Source: the human T2T-CHM13v2.0 reference genome, Homo sapiens. Taken from it: 64,000 bases of DNA. Location: NCBI RefSeq assembly GCF_009914755.1, contig NC_060930.1; one strand, written 5' to 3'. Below the pieces are notes generated by a model. It searched no databases. It was not told the DNA's origin and worked only from the letters and a program-made list of their open reading frames with translations. Below, in pieces: positions 11,031 through 26,741 of the stretch. A program made the position numbers and the translations under genes. Within the stretch, counting starts at the first letter, position 1, and every line of letters starts with the position of its first letter.

Positions 11031-14000
11031 GCCAGTCCTTTCTCTTGTCAAGTTAACATGCATCACAACACACAACTAGAAAATCAAATGGGCGTCATTT
11101 TCACTTACCCCACACCACCCTTACCCAACTCCTCATCACCTCACCAAGGCCCTTCTTAGGTTTCTAAGCCAATGCTCATTCAGTTTTGCAAGTTACTTCT
11201 TAAACATACAGTGACATCTTTAATAACTACATTTGCAAATCCAAATTTCTTTGATATTGTAAGAAAAGAGCATTTGTCTTTGAATAGAAGCTCTTTCATT
11301 GGCTGAATCTGTTCCTTTAAATAATTTAGATCCCCTTAATATAAACTTATGAGATATAAAACTTTCTAAGGCTTTTTAATCTAAAAACTGGATTTACTCT
11401 TAGGGGATGTAGTGGAGAAGTGATGATGAGTAATTAAAGGTCATTCTCAAACAAAAATATGTATTTAGAATCAGGTCTTCTAGATTGACCAAAACATATG
11501 TGGCAATGTATACTTTGATATTATAATTGCTTGGAGTTTATTTTAGGAGACAATTCTCCAGAGAGTTGATGGATATCTTTGTGCATTATCCTATTCCTTG
11601 GCCTTTCTTACTGTGTAGTTAAAGGATATTAGGATTGCTCAATCAGAAAAATGATAGTATTATTAAAACAAATGGAGAATTTTTTATTCTACAAAATTTC
11701 TCCTAGGGAGAACATCATATATTTTTAGGAAAAGACACCATTTGGACAAACTTCTTAGTATGGAAGATGAGATCCCTATGGGTTAATTAATCATCCTACA
11801 AAGCTTGTGGGACTTGTCCCTCTAGCCCTATGGCTGAAAGCCCTATATGCCGGGTTTGAGTATACCATGTTGGCATGGAAGATGGGCAGAGTTGAATGGC
11901 TCTGCACAAAAGATGGGGGAATGATTTGAAGTTTCCAGGAGAAGATCCAAAAGGAAAGAAGAGTAAAAACTAGCCAGAATGATCAGAAAGAGAGAAGAGT
12001 TGCGGGTGTCTGAGAAAGGAGCTTGGGAGATATTTTTTTATATATATAATTTTTATGTTGTTTTCTATGAAGTTTGCAAAGCAAATCTCCTTTTTCTCTC
12101 CTCAAGGTCTTCAGTAAAGTCTATCTTAATAATGCTTTTGAGAGGGAAGCTTCTTTTCAAGGAACTGCAAAAGGTGCTGAGGAAAACCCAGAGGCTGCAG
12201 ACCTGGAGGCAGGAGCTGTAGGGCCAGGAGCAGAAATACCTTGGTCCCATTTAAATTTTACTCCAAAGGCAATACCACATGTTGGGAAAAGCAAAAGCAT
12301 CCACATCCTGGCCCAGCACTGAATATAGAAGGAAATTAATGTTTCTGACAGGGAAATTATTTAAAAGGTCAGGGAACATTTTTCTCTAAAATTCTAAAAA
12401 CAAAAAACTAAAATATACTAAAGAGATTCATTTTCCCTAGTGATTTTTAAATCAATATTATAATCATATAAAGCCTGTTGGTATGACTTTATTTTGATAT
12501 ATGTAAGGATTTTAATAATGTTATGATTCAAGTCAACATTGTAGATAAATACTGATTTTTGTCCAGTGATTTTTATTATTACTATAATAATAAAGATGAG
12601 ATATTATTTTATTATCAATCTTTTGGGAGGACAACATATCAAACACTGATATGACTAGGACAGATGATTATGATAATTCCCCTCTAAGTGACTTAGGTAC
12701 AAATCCTTGGTGTGGTGCACAAATGTTTTCCACACCTGCTTCTATTATTTAGCAGTGTACTCTCCAAATAAACTATTTCATAAGATTTAAGTTGTTTATT
12801 TAGTCCCTTATGTTTTCCTTTGGAACTCAGCAGATTACTCTGAATAGGTCTAAGCTGGCAAAGTAAACAATTAATAGAGACATATAATCTTGGTAATACA
12901 TGTGTCCAAAACCTCTTCTTTTTCCTCATATAGCTGGTCTTTATGAGAATTACTGTAGGTCTCCACTTTCTTTATTTTACAAAATAGCCAAGAAGATAGT
13001 TGAGTTTTAGCATGTAATCCCTGGAGCTCTGTTTGCTTTCCTGAAATGACCTGAAACCACTGGGTTACATCTAATTAATATGTTGTTGGCAGAACACACT
13101 AAACAGAAGTTGTCAAAACCAAGTGATTAGAGATTTAGACTCAGGGTTTAATTACATGTGTGGCTTCCCAAGAGTTACTGCAAAGAATATAACTGCTTCA
13201 AGTCTGTGAGATCCAAGGTTATTTTTTAAAAGCCTCATTAGTAAATTTTTTAAAAATCATAGAGTATGCTGACAGCAAATATTTTCAAATGCAATTTCTT
13301 TTAATCTTGTCAAGTAGTAAATATTTGGTGTTTCATAAATTTGAAACCTCTTCCCATAAAAATGAAAGAGAGCTGTGAGATGAAACATTCTCTCAATAGT
13401 TTTGACCTAAAAGTTTTGATAAGAAAAAGCAAACTTTGGGGCCCATATTATTCAAATTGACTGTCTACATTAATAAAGCTCACCGGGTAAGCGGGGCTTT
13501 TTTACTTATCCAATGTAAACACACTCATAGCCCAATATCTTTGCAAATTTCACACTATATTTGCCAACCATAAAATCTCTGCAAACATTGGACAGAATCA
13601 CCTCTTGCTACCTGGTAACGATGTTTATAAATGTATTTATTCAGATAAGATGACAAAGTGCATTTAAAAAATATTTCTCAGAAGAGATTTTAGAAATGTT
13701 TTTTAGCAATCTGAAATCTTCATTCCCTGTTCTGCATAGATGCTGCCAATGGCTAGATATGCAAAAATGGGGAAAAGTCTGAGGTAGTTAGTCAAATAAT
13801 TTTTATTATCATTATTTTGCAGAATGCTTTCATAAGATACATGAATGTAACTGAGGCAAAGTGTGTGTGTGTGTCTTTTTTAATCATTAACTTTTGGAAT
13901 ACACGTATGACCATACTGTCAATGTGACCTGAGGACTCTGTAAGTTCCTTCCATTTATTTAGGGTTCATTTGAAGCAATTTTGTTCTCCACTCTGTGGTG

Positions 14001-15609
14001 CTAGCTCCATCTAACTTTTTGTCTGCCTCAGCAGTGGAGCTTATCTGGATTCTGCTCTAAGACAATCCCATGAGATTTTACCAGTGACTAAGGTTCAGTT
14101 CTTCCATTTGTCTTATCCTTGGCCTTTACCTACTTGGGGTCTGGAGCTGGGGGTCAATCCTATGTGATTTCTAAGAATTGTTCCTTGACTATGTCCCTGT
14201 GAGTGTTGCTCCAACCCAGGCATCTTTCCCAAACAGAGTGGGTGCCTTCCTCTCCTTCCAACATCATGGCCACAAGACTCCAATAGCTTCTACCCTAGAG
14301 CTTGGCTCCCTTAAGGTGGTCACTGACTGACGCTTGGTTACTGAATGAGGCAGATCCAGTTTAATATTGTTCCACTGTGGCTAACTAAATGCTGCAGAAT
14401 GCAATGCCTCCTTTTGAAATTATTAATATCCTTCCCTAATTCAGAAATATGTAATTCAATTCTCTGTTTTTATTGGTGTTGAAACAAACAGAAAACTCCT
14501 CAGGGATGTAATTCAAAGGTTTATAATTTGTGAGAAGTATATATTTGGCATCATGGATTTCTGAAGTATAAAAGAGAAGTGCTTGAAATAATGCAGAAGA
14601 AAATGAAGAAATCAGTTATAATTCCTCCTTGACTAATGAAGGGATTAATCTTCATACTTTTTCCAGAAACTGACATAAATTCCTCCTTCACTGAATGATT
14701 TGTTTTGGTCTAAAGAAAGATATTAATAAACAAAATTTGTATTTTTACAAAAGAGAAGCACAAATGAAAAAAATTGTGGAAGTCAAAACTATTGCTTATG
14801 ATACATAACAAATATCAGCAACTTTTAGGAAATTTGTAATTTTCAATAAATAGCCATAGTAGATAGTTTTATAATTTTATTAGTCTCTTTTATTAATGTT
14901 CATAGTTTGCAGCTAATCTGGTTATATATTCTTTAATCCATAACTCTAAATTTCATGTACATAAGCAATAGTATCAAAAGGCAAAAAATCACACTTAGAA
15001 GTAATCAGGCAGTAAATCTACATAATAAAAAAGAATGATTTTGACAATCATTATAAGCTATATCTTCTTTGATTAGAACATATATGTTCACAGTAGACTA
15101 CTCATGAAATTTATTGCAAAAAGATAATTCCGTTGTATTAGAATAGAAATAGAAAGCAGGAGAAAGGGGGCTAAAAGTGCCTGCACCAGTCAATCAAAAT
15201 AAGTGCCCAGAGACACTGCAGAATTTTTTCATGCATTTTTTCTCAGTAAACTATTTTAAAGATTATTTACAAACATGAAAGTGTTTTCCTTTTAAATGCC
15301 TTAATTTGTGAAAGAGGAATTATGTAAATTATTTTACAACATGAAGTAGTACATAATATGTTTCTTTGAATTAGAATCTTTTGGTTGGAAGAAATTGAAA
15401 AAAGCATCCAATTACCTATTTGATGCATCAATCCCTACTTTGCCTCTCCTGATCTTTCTGATTCCTTTCTTCTGAATATATTCCAGCTTGTTTTTATCTC
15501 AAAATATGGCACCCAGAACTTAATCCAATGCTCCAGGTGCAAATTGGCAAATATAGAGAAGATATGGACTCATCTTCTTCTATTTTATTTCCTCCCTTCT
15601 TTCCCATCT

Positions 15610-16910
15610 TCCTACCATTCTTCCTTTGGCAAATACTCACTGAAAGAGCCTCATCTATGTCCGGCACTGTATTAGAGGCTGGAGATAAAAACGAACAAAA
15701 GACAACATGTCCCTACTTCCTTAGAGCTTATTGTTTAGTGGAGGATACTGAGAGGTATCAAGTAATCACACAAATAGATGTAAAATTGCACCCATGACAA
15801 GTCCTAATAAAAAGTATACAGTCTTATGAAAACCTGTTATAGGAAGATTTGAACTAATCAGGAGATCAAAATGGCTTCTTTCTTGAGCAGAAGCTGAAGG
15901 AAAGGTAGACTTGATAGGTTAAGAAGAGAAAGAAGTGTGTCAGGACATGTGCAGTGGGAGTCACAGGAGAAAACCTGATGAAAGTTTGAGGGATGGAAGG
16001 AAGTCCAGTATGAATGGAGCAAAGAACCATGGAGTCTGCAGGAGGTGAGGTGAGCCAGAGAGGTAGAAGGCGCCAGAATGTGCAGGATCGTCAAAATCAT
16101 GTTTTATCATTAGCCTAACACAACAAATGGAAAAACTATTGAGGAACTTTAAATAGGAAAGAGACAAGTTTTTAATTTTTAAATATTACTATGAAGAGTG
16201 GATCAGGATTGAAGAGACACCAGAGCATATGCACACAGATTAGTAAAAAGGCTATTGCAGGAGCTTGGGTAAGAGATAATGGCAGGATCGTTGGTGGAGC
16301 CAGCAGGGAGAGAATGCATTTGATAAATATTTAGGAGGGAAATTGATAAGACTTGGTAATGGATCAGCTAAGGTGGGAGAAGAGTGGACAGGGGTGAGGA
16401 AGGATTGCTGGACTTTTGGTTTCTGTCTCATGTGACTGGATAGGTGGTGTGCCATTCCCTGAGGTGGGAAACATTGAAGAGGGCCAGATTTGGAAAGAAA
16501 AATTCTGAGTGCAGGTTTGTATGAAGAGTCATTGAAAAGTCCATGAGAAAATATCAATTAGGAAGTTGGATTATGTGTGTGGAGTGCAGAAGAACATTTA
16601 AGGTAGTGATATAAATTTCCGAGTCTTCTCGCATATAGATGGTAATCCAAATCACATGAAAAAAAAAATGAAAAGAGGAAAGGCCAGAAGACTGAACCAA
16701 AAGAAACTCAACAATTAATAGTCCTTTGGAAGAGGACACAAAGAAAGGCAGAGAAAGGAGCAGCTAGCAGGACAGGAGGAAAACCTGGAGGATGCTGGGC
16801 CACAGAAGCAAAAGGAATTGAATGTTTCTATTAGGAAAGGGGGCTTGTAGTTAAATATTGCTGAGAAGTCAAGGATAGAAAGCATCTTTCTAGTTGATCC
16901 ATGTAAATTT
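15610..16910 (-). mobile_element. L2 LINE 3' region
   Basis: Reverse L2 3' end (CTATGTCCGGCACTGTATTAGAGGCTGGAGATA...GAGCTTATTGTTTAGTGG) followed by a long purine-rich reverse-L2 body. Confidence 0.75.
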
Positions 16911-16914
16911 ACTG

Positions 16915-17290
16915 CCAACTAAAATCCTTAAACATATTTCAGAAGTAAACAAACAACTTCAAGATCTTAATGGCTTGATAGAATCAAGACTTATTCTTGC
17001 TCACATCCCAGTCTGATGAGATTTAAGTTGTTCACTTCAAAGAGGTGACTGAGGAATCACACTGCTTTAAACTTGTGGCTTCACCATCTCACCACTTCAC
17101 AGTCTCCTGGTATCATCCTGCTGGCAGAAAGGAGGAAGAGAACATGGAGAAAGGCACACCTGATCTTTAACCACCTCATCTCAGAAGTGACACATGTCAC
17201 TTCCACTCACATTCCACTGTCAGAACCAGTGAATGGCAAACTTAACTGCAAGAGAGCCTGGAAAATATAAAAGAGCAAACACATACCAGC
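16915..17290 (-). mobile_element. Old MLT1-type LTR fragment
   Basis: ATCTTAATGGCTT...TTATTCTTGCTCAC and GAAGTGACACATGTCACTTCCACTCACATTCCACTG, typical of reverse MLT1J/K. Confidence 0.55.
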
Positions 17291-18464
17291 GAGCATTTAT
17301 AATCTCCATATATCCCTGCTCTGCCTTTGTGTAGTCGAAGTCTGGAGCCCAGGTAAAGGATCTGGAATATACAACCAATAGGTCTCTCAGTGTTAGATTC
17401 AGCTGATCCATTTCAGCCTACAAGACCTTTGCTCTGCTTGCTAGCTGAAGTGACAAGCAGATCAAGTGAAAATAGGCTTGGCTGAGTTTGAGATGTCATT
17501 CTCACCAGTGCTTACACATGGACCTACCTTTGTAGTCTGGCATAGTGAAGGGTTCTAGCTTCAAGCCAATTATAATTCAAATAATCTAGCTCACTCTTTT
17601 TGCTTTTGTCATATATTTCTTGACTTCCTATAAATTTATTCCACACATACAAAATTTATGTCAGTTGAAATAAGAAGACTGCTCCACCTTTATCATTCTC
17701 ATTATAAATTAATAATATTGGTAATCTGATCTAAACATTACACTTATCAGTAGGATTATACTTAGTCTGTCTTTGGGAGACCTATACTTTCAGACGTGCC
17801 AGCCATCTGGTGTTTCTGGACATAAGAGCTGACGATCAGGCCAAGGCCCCTGTAAGGGGCTGTTAAGTGTCCAGCTGACCTCCCCAAAGGCTATCCTTGT
17901 TCTTTAACTACAATGCTTTCCAATCATTGTCTCTCTATCAGTCTACTTGACACCGTTGGCAAATGTTTTCTTGAAGTTTGGACATACCATGTCTACTAAA
18001 TTCCTGTAATCTAAGAGTTTGTGACATATACATTTAGAGCAGCTAAATGCTTCCTTACAACCTTTTTATTCTTCTTTGGCCTCAACTGCCTTTTTCTAAT
18101 CTGTCTACTCTTTGCTCACATTTCCCAAGAGCCTTGTGGTTAGGCGAGGCCAATTGACTATTTTCATCCAATGAAACATGAGTGGAAGTGAAATGTGAGA
18201 CTTCTGTGCTAAGGCATTTTTTAAGAATTGATATGCCACTTTCATGTCCTCTCTTCTGCCAAAAAAAAAAAAAAAAAAAAAATACCTGAGGTACAGACCC
18301 ACCTTGGACATGTAATGTTATTGTGTCATTTTATTGCCATAGTTTAGCCAAGCCTATCCTGACTGGTAATACTGTTGCTTGGAAAGTTTCTCTCCCAAGG
18401 TAACAGTTTTCTCACACTACATAACATAAAAACTTGAAATAGTCTACATTTTTTTATGAACAAT

Positions 18465-18710
18465 AGTATACAATGTGACAGTTTAGCCAAATGCAGATTC
18501 TGGAGTCAGAATGCTGGTATTTGAATCCTGGCAACACCATTTATTAGCTATGTGATGTTGGGCAAGTTAATGACCTTCCTAAAATTTGTAAAACAAGAAT
18601 GAGAATAGCACCTTTCTCTTAAAGTAGTTGTGAGGATCAAATGAGTTTAAAATGTTTAGAGTGAAGCCTGATACGTATGGTAAGCATTTGGTAAGTGTTT
18701 GCTATCATTA
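18465..18710 (+). mobile_element. MIR
   Basis: TCTGGAGTCAGA...TTTGAATCCTGG...TTGGGCAAGTTA...GTTGTGAGGATCAAATGAG. Confidence 0.75.
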
Positions 18711-21689
18711 CTGTGTGTAATAGGACCTTCATGAATATGGCTATGATTAAAGTGTGAAGCATTTTGATAATCTGATATAAGTGAGTGTTTTTGTTGCAAA
18801 TAACATATATTTTAAAATTGTGTCCATGAATGCTTAATTTTATTTACCCCAAAGAAAAATAGTAGACCTAATCATGAAGCAGGTTATAAATAATTTCAAA
18901 GATAGATTCCCTCTTCCAATATGGATAATGAGCAGCTGTTCCACATCTGCCATCCTGTTTGGAGGTATATATGTGTTCAGCGACTGCACACAATAAACAG
19001 TTTTCAGTTTTTTCTCTGATTCTTATCTTTGCTAGACAATATTATGGGCAGAGTCTATTGAGCTTGTGCATACATTTCAAATATGTATGATTCCATTGTG
19101 ACTTTAAAAGTTGACTTGATTTATAATTTAATTTCTATTTTTTTCAAGGGATGCACAGCTAGTAACCAGCATCTTGTCAGTAAGATTTTAATGTTCAATT
19201 TTGTATTTCCTTTATGAAATGATTAATGAGAAAATGTATAAAAGTTGGGATTTAATCATCCTGAATATGAATATGTGAATGCCTTTACCTCTAGGGGTGG
19301 AGTAGGGTGGCCATGACTTCTGTGAAGGCTTCCATTCTAAGAATGGAGAAGCGTTATTAAAAAATATAAATGTGCAGTTTTTTTTTTCCCATGGAAAAGG
19401 GCTAAGACTTCATGTAATTTAGTTCTCTGAATAGCCAAAAATGGTCTCTGCCAGTTTTTACCATCCAACACTACAAGGCTATTTTTCATAAAGTAAACAT
19501 TCAGCAACAGTTTTCCCAGATGGGATCACACAGCTATCACTCTGTCCTCTCCACACATGGCAAAGAGCTCCATGAAGAATCGACCTTCACATCCAGTGTG
19601 GAAAGCAGGTGGGGCATGAATGTGCAAAACCTCTCCCATAGGCCTAGTGACCAGGATAGTATGTCCTGCAAATGGAAAGCAGTGGCAGGAAAGGGAAAAA
19701 GACAATTCAGATAACAATGATGAGCAGCAGAATTTTTGGTTGGTTTTCTCCCAAGATTAGTATTCAGAAACTACCTCATTTCTACATGTCTATCGTGCTT
19801 GGAAATGTGAGGATAATACTAGCCAGCTGCTGTCTACAAATCTTGGCTCTTGGATGTCAAAAACCTCTCCAACTTCACTTTTGCAAACTCACCAACTTAC
19901 CATAAAAAATAACTTTTGCCCTCACTGTGTTTTTCATGTTCAAAAGATTCCCAAAAGTGGATCTACAAAATTATATGCATTTAAAAAATTCATCCTTTTT
20001 GCTTTTGCTTTCCTTTTTGTAAAGTGTTGAGCTCATTTTAACAAGTATTTTGTGATATGTATTTTCGGCTCGTTCCAAGCCCCGAAAACTAAAAAATAGT
20101 TACTGAAGCCTAGGTTATACTAAACAAATTTTTCTATAAAATTGTCTATCATGAGATTAAACTATTTTGCAAAATTAAGTAATCAAAGATAAGAATCTGC
20201 AACATACATTTATTTATGTGCCTGATTCTTTCTTTTATATCTCTGATAGGACTCAAGGATATATGTTGACAGAGTTTGTTCTCCCTAGAGAGAGCTGTAC
20301 ACCAGAATTATCCATAGGCTTAAATGTGTGTGTTGGGACCTGGGGAAAAACAAGATACGTTCATTTAGTACCTTCTATGTATAGTCACTATGGTTTATCT
20401 ATGTAATCGTATTTAATACCCTCAACTAATTACCAAAATAGCTATAAGTATTCTCCTCTTACAGATGAGGAAATCAACACTTAGAAAGCTGAAGTAACTT
20501 CCTGAAGTTTGTGTTCAGTTTGGTGTGAATAAAAGCCTAAAAACTTTTTTACTGCTCCACACTCTAAGCCTTTTACCATTTCATTTTATTCTTTTAGACA
20601 CTGCAGCTACATGAAATTACCAGAATATTTATAATACAAGTATAGTACAATAATCTAACTACTTTAATTAGGGTAGAGAGTACTAAAAAGTGCAATGGGT
20701 TCATGGGGCATAGGGAGGAATGCCTAAACTCTGCATCAGAGTTTTCCAATCTGAGATGCGATAGTCTGGGAAACAAATTCTAGAATGAGATAGCCTTTGG
20801 ACAACACTCCTGCTCTGCCATTTACTTCTCAGCTTGCAAATTTAGGCAAAGGACTTTATCAATTTAACTTTCAGTTATATCAGTGCAATAAGCACAATAA
20901 AACAAAGTTAAATGAAGTAAAAAGGGTTGATATTCAAAATATATGAAGACTGGGGCAGAACAAGGCACCCAATGATCAGAACCAGCTAAAATCACCAGCA
21001 TAGTCCTACATATGTGTATAGGAACCACTTTACTCACTGCCCACAGGCGCCCTCCTACTGCTGATAGCAGTGTGTAAAGTCAGAGGTGCAGCTGATACTG
21101 AGATAGATTACTTTCTAGGAATGCAGTGATTGCATCCTAAAGCATTTGAGAGGAGACATAGTTGAAAGATACGTTAATCTACTTTGACACTATCAATTTC
21201 CAAATGGTAAGTTTAACATAGTCACAAAGTGAATGTCTTCACATTTTCTGGTATAACTTAGGTAAGACTTGCATTTGGGGTGACTCTTGTTCAATTAGAC
21301 ACAGGATGAAGAATCTTCACAGGGCCAAATGAGATCCAGTGATTTGTCGATGAAGATTTAATTATGGTAGAGAAAAGGAACTTACGTATTTGTGCATTCC
21401 CCAAGCAGTATAAAAGACTTCATCCTTATTCTGACTGAGTGAGAGTCACCCAAAATAAGCACGTGAGCCTCATTCTTATAACCCAATCTCACATGCTTTT
21501 GTGAAAGAATTCTGCGTCAGACAGTGGGAGGGCTCAGTTTATCAGGGTGGACCACTGGAACCAGGCTGGCTACCAGGCCTTGGGATGACTGATATGAGTT
21601 TTAGAGCTTCCCAAGGCATCTGGTCAATACCACACAAGGAGTAGAGGTCAGAGAGTACCCTAAAGAAAAGAAACAAGAACCAGGGCCTA

Positions 21690-22553
<864 letters not shown>

Positions 22554-22684
22554 GAAATTGTTAAAGTAGGCATTCCCAAAGTACAAGACCCCTTGAGTTT
22601 GGGGCTTTGTGTAAGAGCCTCATGTGCCTGGATCTAAGAGCACATATAAATGGTGTGCCTAAAAATTAACAAAAAAAACCCCAG

Positions 22685-23130
22685 TATACTTATTGCAGCA
22701 CTATCATAATAACAAAGATGTGGAATCAGCCTAAGTGTCAATCACTAAATGATTGGATAAAGAAAAGGTAGTATCTATACACAATGGAATACTATTTAGC
22801 CATAAAAAAGAACTATATCATGTCTTTTGCAGCAATGTGGCTGAAACTGGAGGCCATTATCTTAAGCGAAACAATTCAGAAACAGAAAGCCAAATGCTAC
22901 ATATTCTCACTTGTAAGTGGGAGCGAAATAAGGTGTACACGTAAACATAGAGTGTGGAATAATAGACATTGGAGAACTAGAAGGGTGGAAGAGAGGATAG
23001 TGATGAGTCATTACTTACTGGATACAGTGTATGTTATTTGGGTGATGGATACACTAAAAGCCAAGACTTCACCAATATATGCATGTAACAATTGCATTCA
23101 TATCCCTTAAATTTATACAAAACAACAAAA
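22685..23130 (+). mobile_element. L1MA-type 3' fragment
   Basis: TTATTGCAGCACTAT...ATGGAATACTATTTAGCCATAAAAAAGAA (ORF2 C-terminal MEYYLAIKKN...MWLKLEAIILSE), followed by 3'UTR. Confidence 0.85.
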
Positions 23131-23892
23131 AAGTAAGAACTAAGTGCATTTGGCTATTATTATCATCACCATCATGATCCTATCAATATTGTATTTTCCA
23201 TTGGAAATGTGTTTCAACAATAAAAGAAGTGAGATGCTAAAGCAAAAAGTATTAAAAAACAGTTCAGAGTTTGAATTAAAGATGATGGGTTGAACCTATT
23301 AATTTGTCTCCATTCCTTCTCACTAAAACAAATGCAAGAGGATTTTTAAAAAATCATAACTCAACAGGACTAATAGAACTGGTGAGGAGCCAACAAAAAC
23401 AAAATACTGGAAGCTATAATGCAGATGGATGAATGGTTAATCACTTAGGAGACTTAAAAAAAAATGGAATCCCAAGTCAAGGAGTGGGAAACTCTGAGAA
23501 GCAATCCAATTTCTACTGTCCTTAGGAATTAGGGGCAACTACTTCTGGAACTAGGATGGACTGAAAACACAAGGACTGGTTGGATATTAGACTCCCAGAC
23601 CTCCTCCCGACTCCAGAAACATCACTGTTCAACATTTCAATCAACTTGCTCTCCACTCCCAACAGAAAACTGAGTTATTTCTGGAGAGCTGGTCTTTGGA
23701 CTAGAGAACACGTGGCATCATGAAGTAAAAGTATACAACTAAACAATGAAACACAGTCCCCACTACTAGCACTACCACTAACTCAGCTTTTGTGTCCCAT
23801 TTAATTCTCAGAATTCTGAGCTTTCCAGGCAGGGTTTTGGAAGAATATTTTCTGGGGGATGTAACCAGACTGAGAGAAATCCCCTAAAGGCA

Positions 23893-24352
23893 TGACTGGC
23901 AGAGTTTTCTAGGTGTCTCCCAATATCTAATTTTCCCTTCTTCCATAATAATATAATTTTTTATTAAGCATATGGCTATATGCATATTGTAAAAAAAAAT
24001 GGACAAATTTCCCAACCTCCCTTGCCATGAGATGTGGCCAATATTTCTAGCCAATGGGATGTAAGCAAATGCTGTATGTATAACTTCAAAAGGTGGGATA
24101 TATATATCCTTCCTTCCTTCTTCTTATTAGCTAGAATGTAGACATGATGCCAAGGCTTCTTGGAACACAGAATGCACAGAAACATCCTAGAGACTGTGGA
24201 GCAGCAAGACAGAAGATGTCTGAATCCTGGACACTCTATAGCACTCTACTAACCCAGATTTACATTGAATGGAAATAAGTGTCTTTCTTGTTTAAGCTTC
24301 TCTTCTTTCAATTCTCTGTTACCCAAAACTGAACACACATTTTAACCAGTAC
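23893..24352 (+). mobile_element. MLT1J-like LTR nested in HAL1
   Basis: TTTCCCAACCTCCCTTGC...TTCTAGCCAATGGGATGTAAGC...GAGCAGCAAGACAGAAG...TCTTGTTTAAGC...TACA end. Confidence 0.7.
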
Positions 24353-24837
24353 AATAATGTAAGATGTCTCCCACATGAAACAGCATAGCCTAATAACTGT
24401 ACAAAGAGGCATATAGTTGAAGAACTCTGGCCAAGCACATGGAATTAACAAACAGCTTTTCAGCACCTCACTCTTAAAGTTAAGAAGTCAACCAAGAATT
24501 ACCAAAAATCTGAGGGATTCTTGAACTATCATAAGGACAGAGACCACACCAACTGTAATGATAACAACAGAAAAGAGTATCTTTTATAAAAGAGATAACA
24601 GCAAGAAAGCAACTTGGAGAAAATAGAAACTATGCAAGAAAAAAAATCCAAGAATTATTAAATCTTTAAATAAATAAGATAAAATATTGGGTCTGTGAAA
24701 CAAGATAAAGACACCATAAAAATAGAACTGAGAAAATTATTGGTTTTAAAAAGCTATATAAATTTTTGTGGAGGAGGGTTGTTCATTTTTTTCCTTTTTT
24801 AAAAAACAAAAACAAACAAGCAAACAAAAATGATTTT

Positions 24838-25140
<303 letters not shown>

Positions 25141-25874
25141 AAATTTTGTGAGTTGTTAAAGGTTAAAAATATGCTTACAGAAATGAAAAATTCAGAGAGG
25201 ATTAGAGAATAAAATTGAAAAATATCTTCCATAAAGTAGAGAAAAACACAAATTAATGATAAATAAGAGAAAAATATTTTTAAAAATAATTAATTCAAGA
25301 ATTCCAACATCCAAATAATAGGGATTATAAAAACAGAGAACAGACAAAACTAAGGGTGGAAAGTCTTCAAATAAATAATTTCTTAAAATTTCCCAGAATT
25401 GAAGTACGTAAGTTGCCGATTCAAGCCCATTTTGTACTCAATGCAATAAATCAAAATAGACTCATATCAATCCATATCACTGAGAAATTTCAGAACACTA
25501 GAGAAGAAAACAGACCCTAAGAATGTACACTGAAGGGAAAAAAAAGATAACACAAAGTTCAGGAGTCAGAAATTCACCAGACTTCTCAACAATAGCAATG
25601 AACGCTTGAAGTAATGAAGTCCTATCTCCAAAATTCTGATGCAAAATTATTTCCAATATAAAATTCTACACAAAGTAAAATGATTTATCCCGTGTGAGAG
25701 TAGAATGAAAATGTTTTATGTCATTTACTAAATAAAAACTTAATTTCCCACATGCTCAGGAAGTTAACAAAAAGTGTCTTTTACCCAGGAAAATACACCA
25801 AGAAAGAGAAAGACCTAGATCCAGAAAAAGAGAGTCAACTCAAAAGTTGTGAAAATAAACCTTAGGGTCGTGGT

Positions 25875-26325
25875 TGTCTTAGGTCAAGTATCCTAGAAGC
25901 AGAGACTGAATTAGGAATTCATGTGCTTGTTATTTACAGAGGGATCACTTTCAGCAGAGAGAGAGAGAGAGACAGTGGGGAGCAGAATAGGAAAGGGGAA
26001 GGAAGCAAGCAAAGATGTCAACTCAGCTGGAGGGTATCTCAGCCTGGTCCCACAGGGAGCTTTGGGGCATAAATTGCACCACAGAGATGGTACCACCTAG
26101 AGGCAAGGAGACCCAACTTTTGTATTTTTGTGTCAATCCACCATTGACTGTGGAGAGGTCCCAGTGAGAAAGGTGTAACCTTCTGGTTGAGGTTACTCTC
26201 ATTGGGCTGAAAGTCATTCCTGAAGAAGAGGGCATCTTTGAGGCATTAGCGTTCACATCAGTGGGAGGGCATGTGCCCCAACCCTATAAGGGGATCTGGG
26301 CAGGGTACCAAGAGAGGACACTTCA
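25875..26325 (-). mobile_element. ERVL LTR (LTR33/LTR41-like) nested in HAL1
   Basis: TGTCTTAGGTCAAGTATCCTAGAAGCAGAGACTGA...GGGGATCTGGGCAGGGTACC termini resemble the reverse LTR33-family consensus. Confidence 0.6.
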
Positions 26326-26741
26326 ACAGTGAGAAACCAGAGTACAAGTGTGCAACAGGCATTGAGGGCAAAAAAAAAAAAGATATTCAGACAGAGCAGG
26401 TCTGAAGACTCTGGAAAAGGTATTTCAGGAAAATAAAACTGCAGGAATGCTTAATGTGTTTGAACATATTAAGAAGAGATCCATATGACTGAGAGAGAGT
26501 TTGTGTATAAATTAGTGACAGGTACATAGAGAACTTTGCAAACATAAAACAATAAAATAATTCCAGGGAAAATAAAAAGTTGTACTGAAAGAGAAATTAA
26601 TCAAAGGATACTATATGGTTCAACCATGAATAGCATTTTAAGTGGTCATGATATTGAGCAACTGAATACTAATCTAATCAAACGTATTAAAAAAAAAAAC
26701 TCTACTAGGAGGATAGGGCATTGGAAGTGGGGGCAGTAGAG

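Noticed and set aside
18261-18282. Orphan poly(A) run as a retro-insertion
   Set aside because: No TSD or upstream body is visible, so it cannot be distinguished from slippage expansion within an old LTR fragment.
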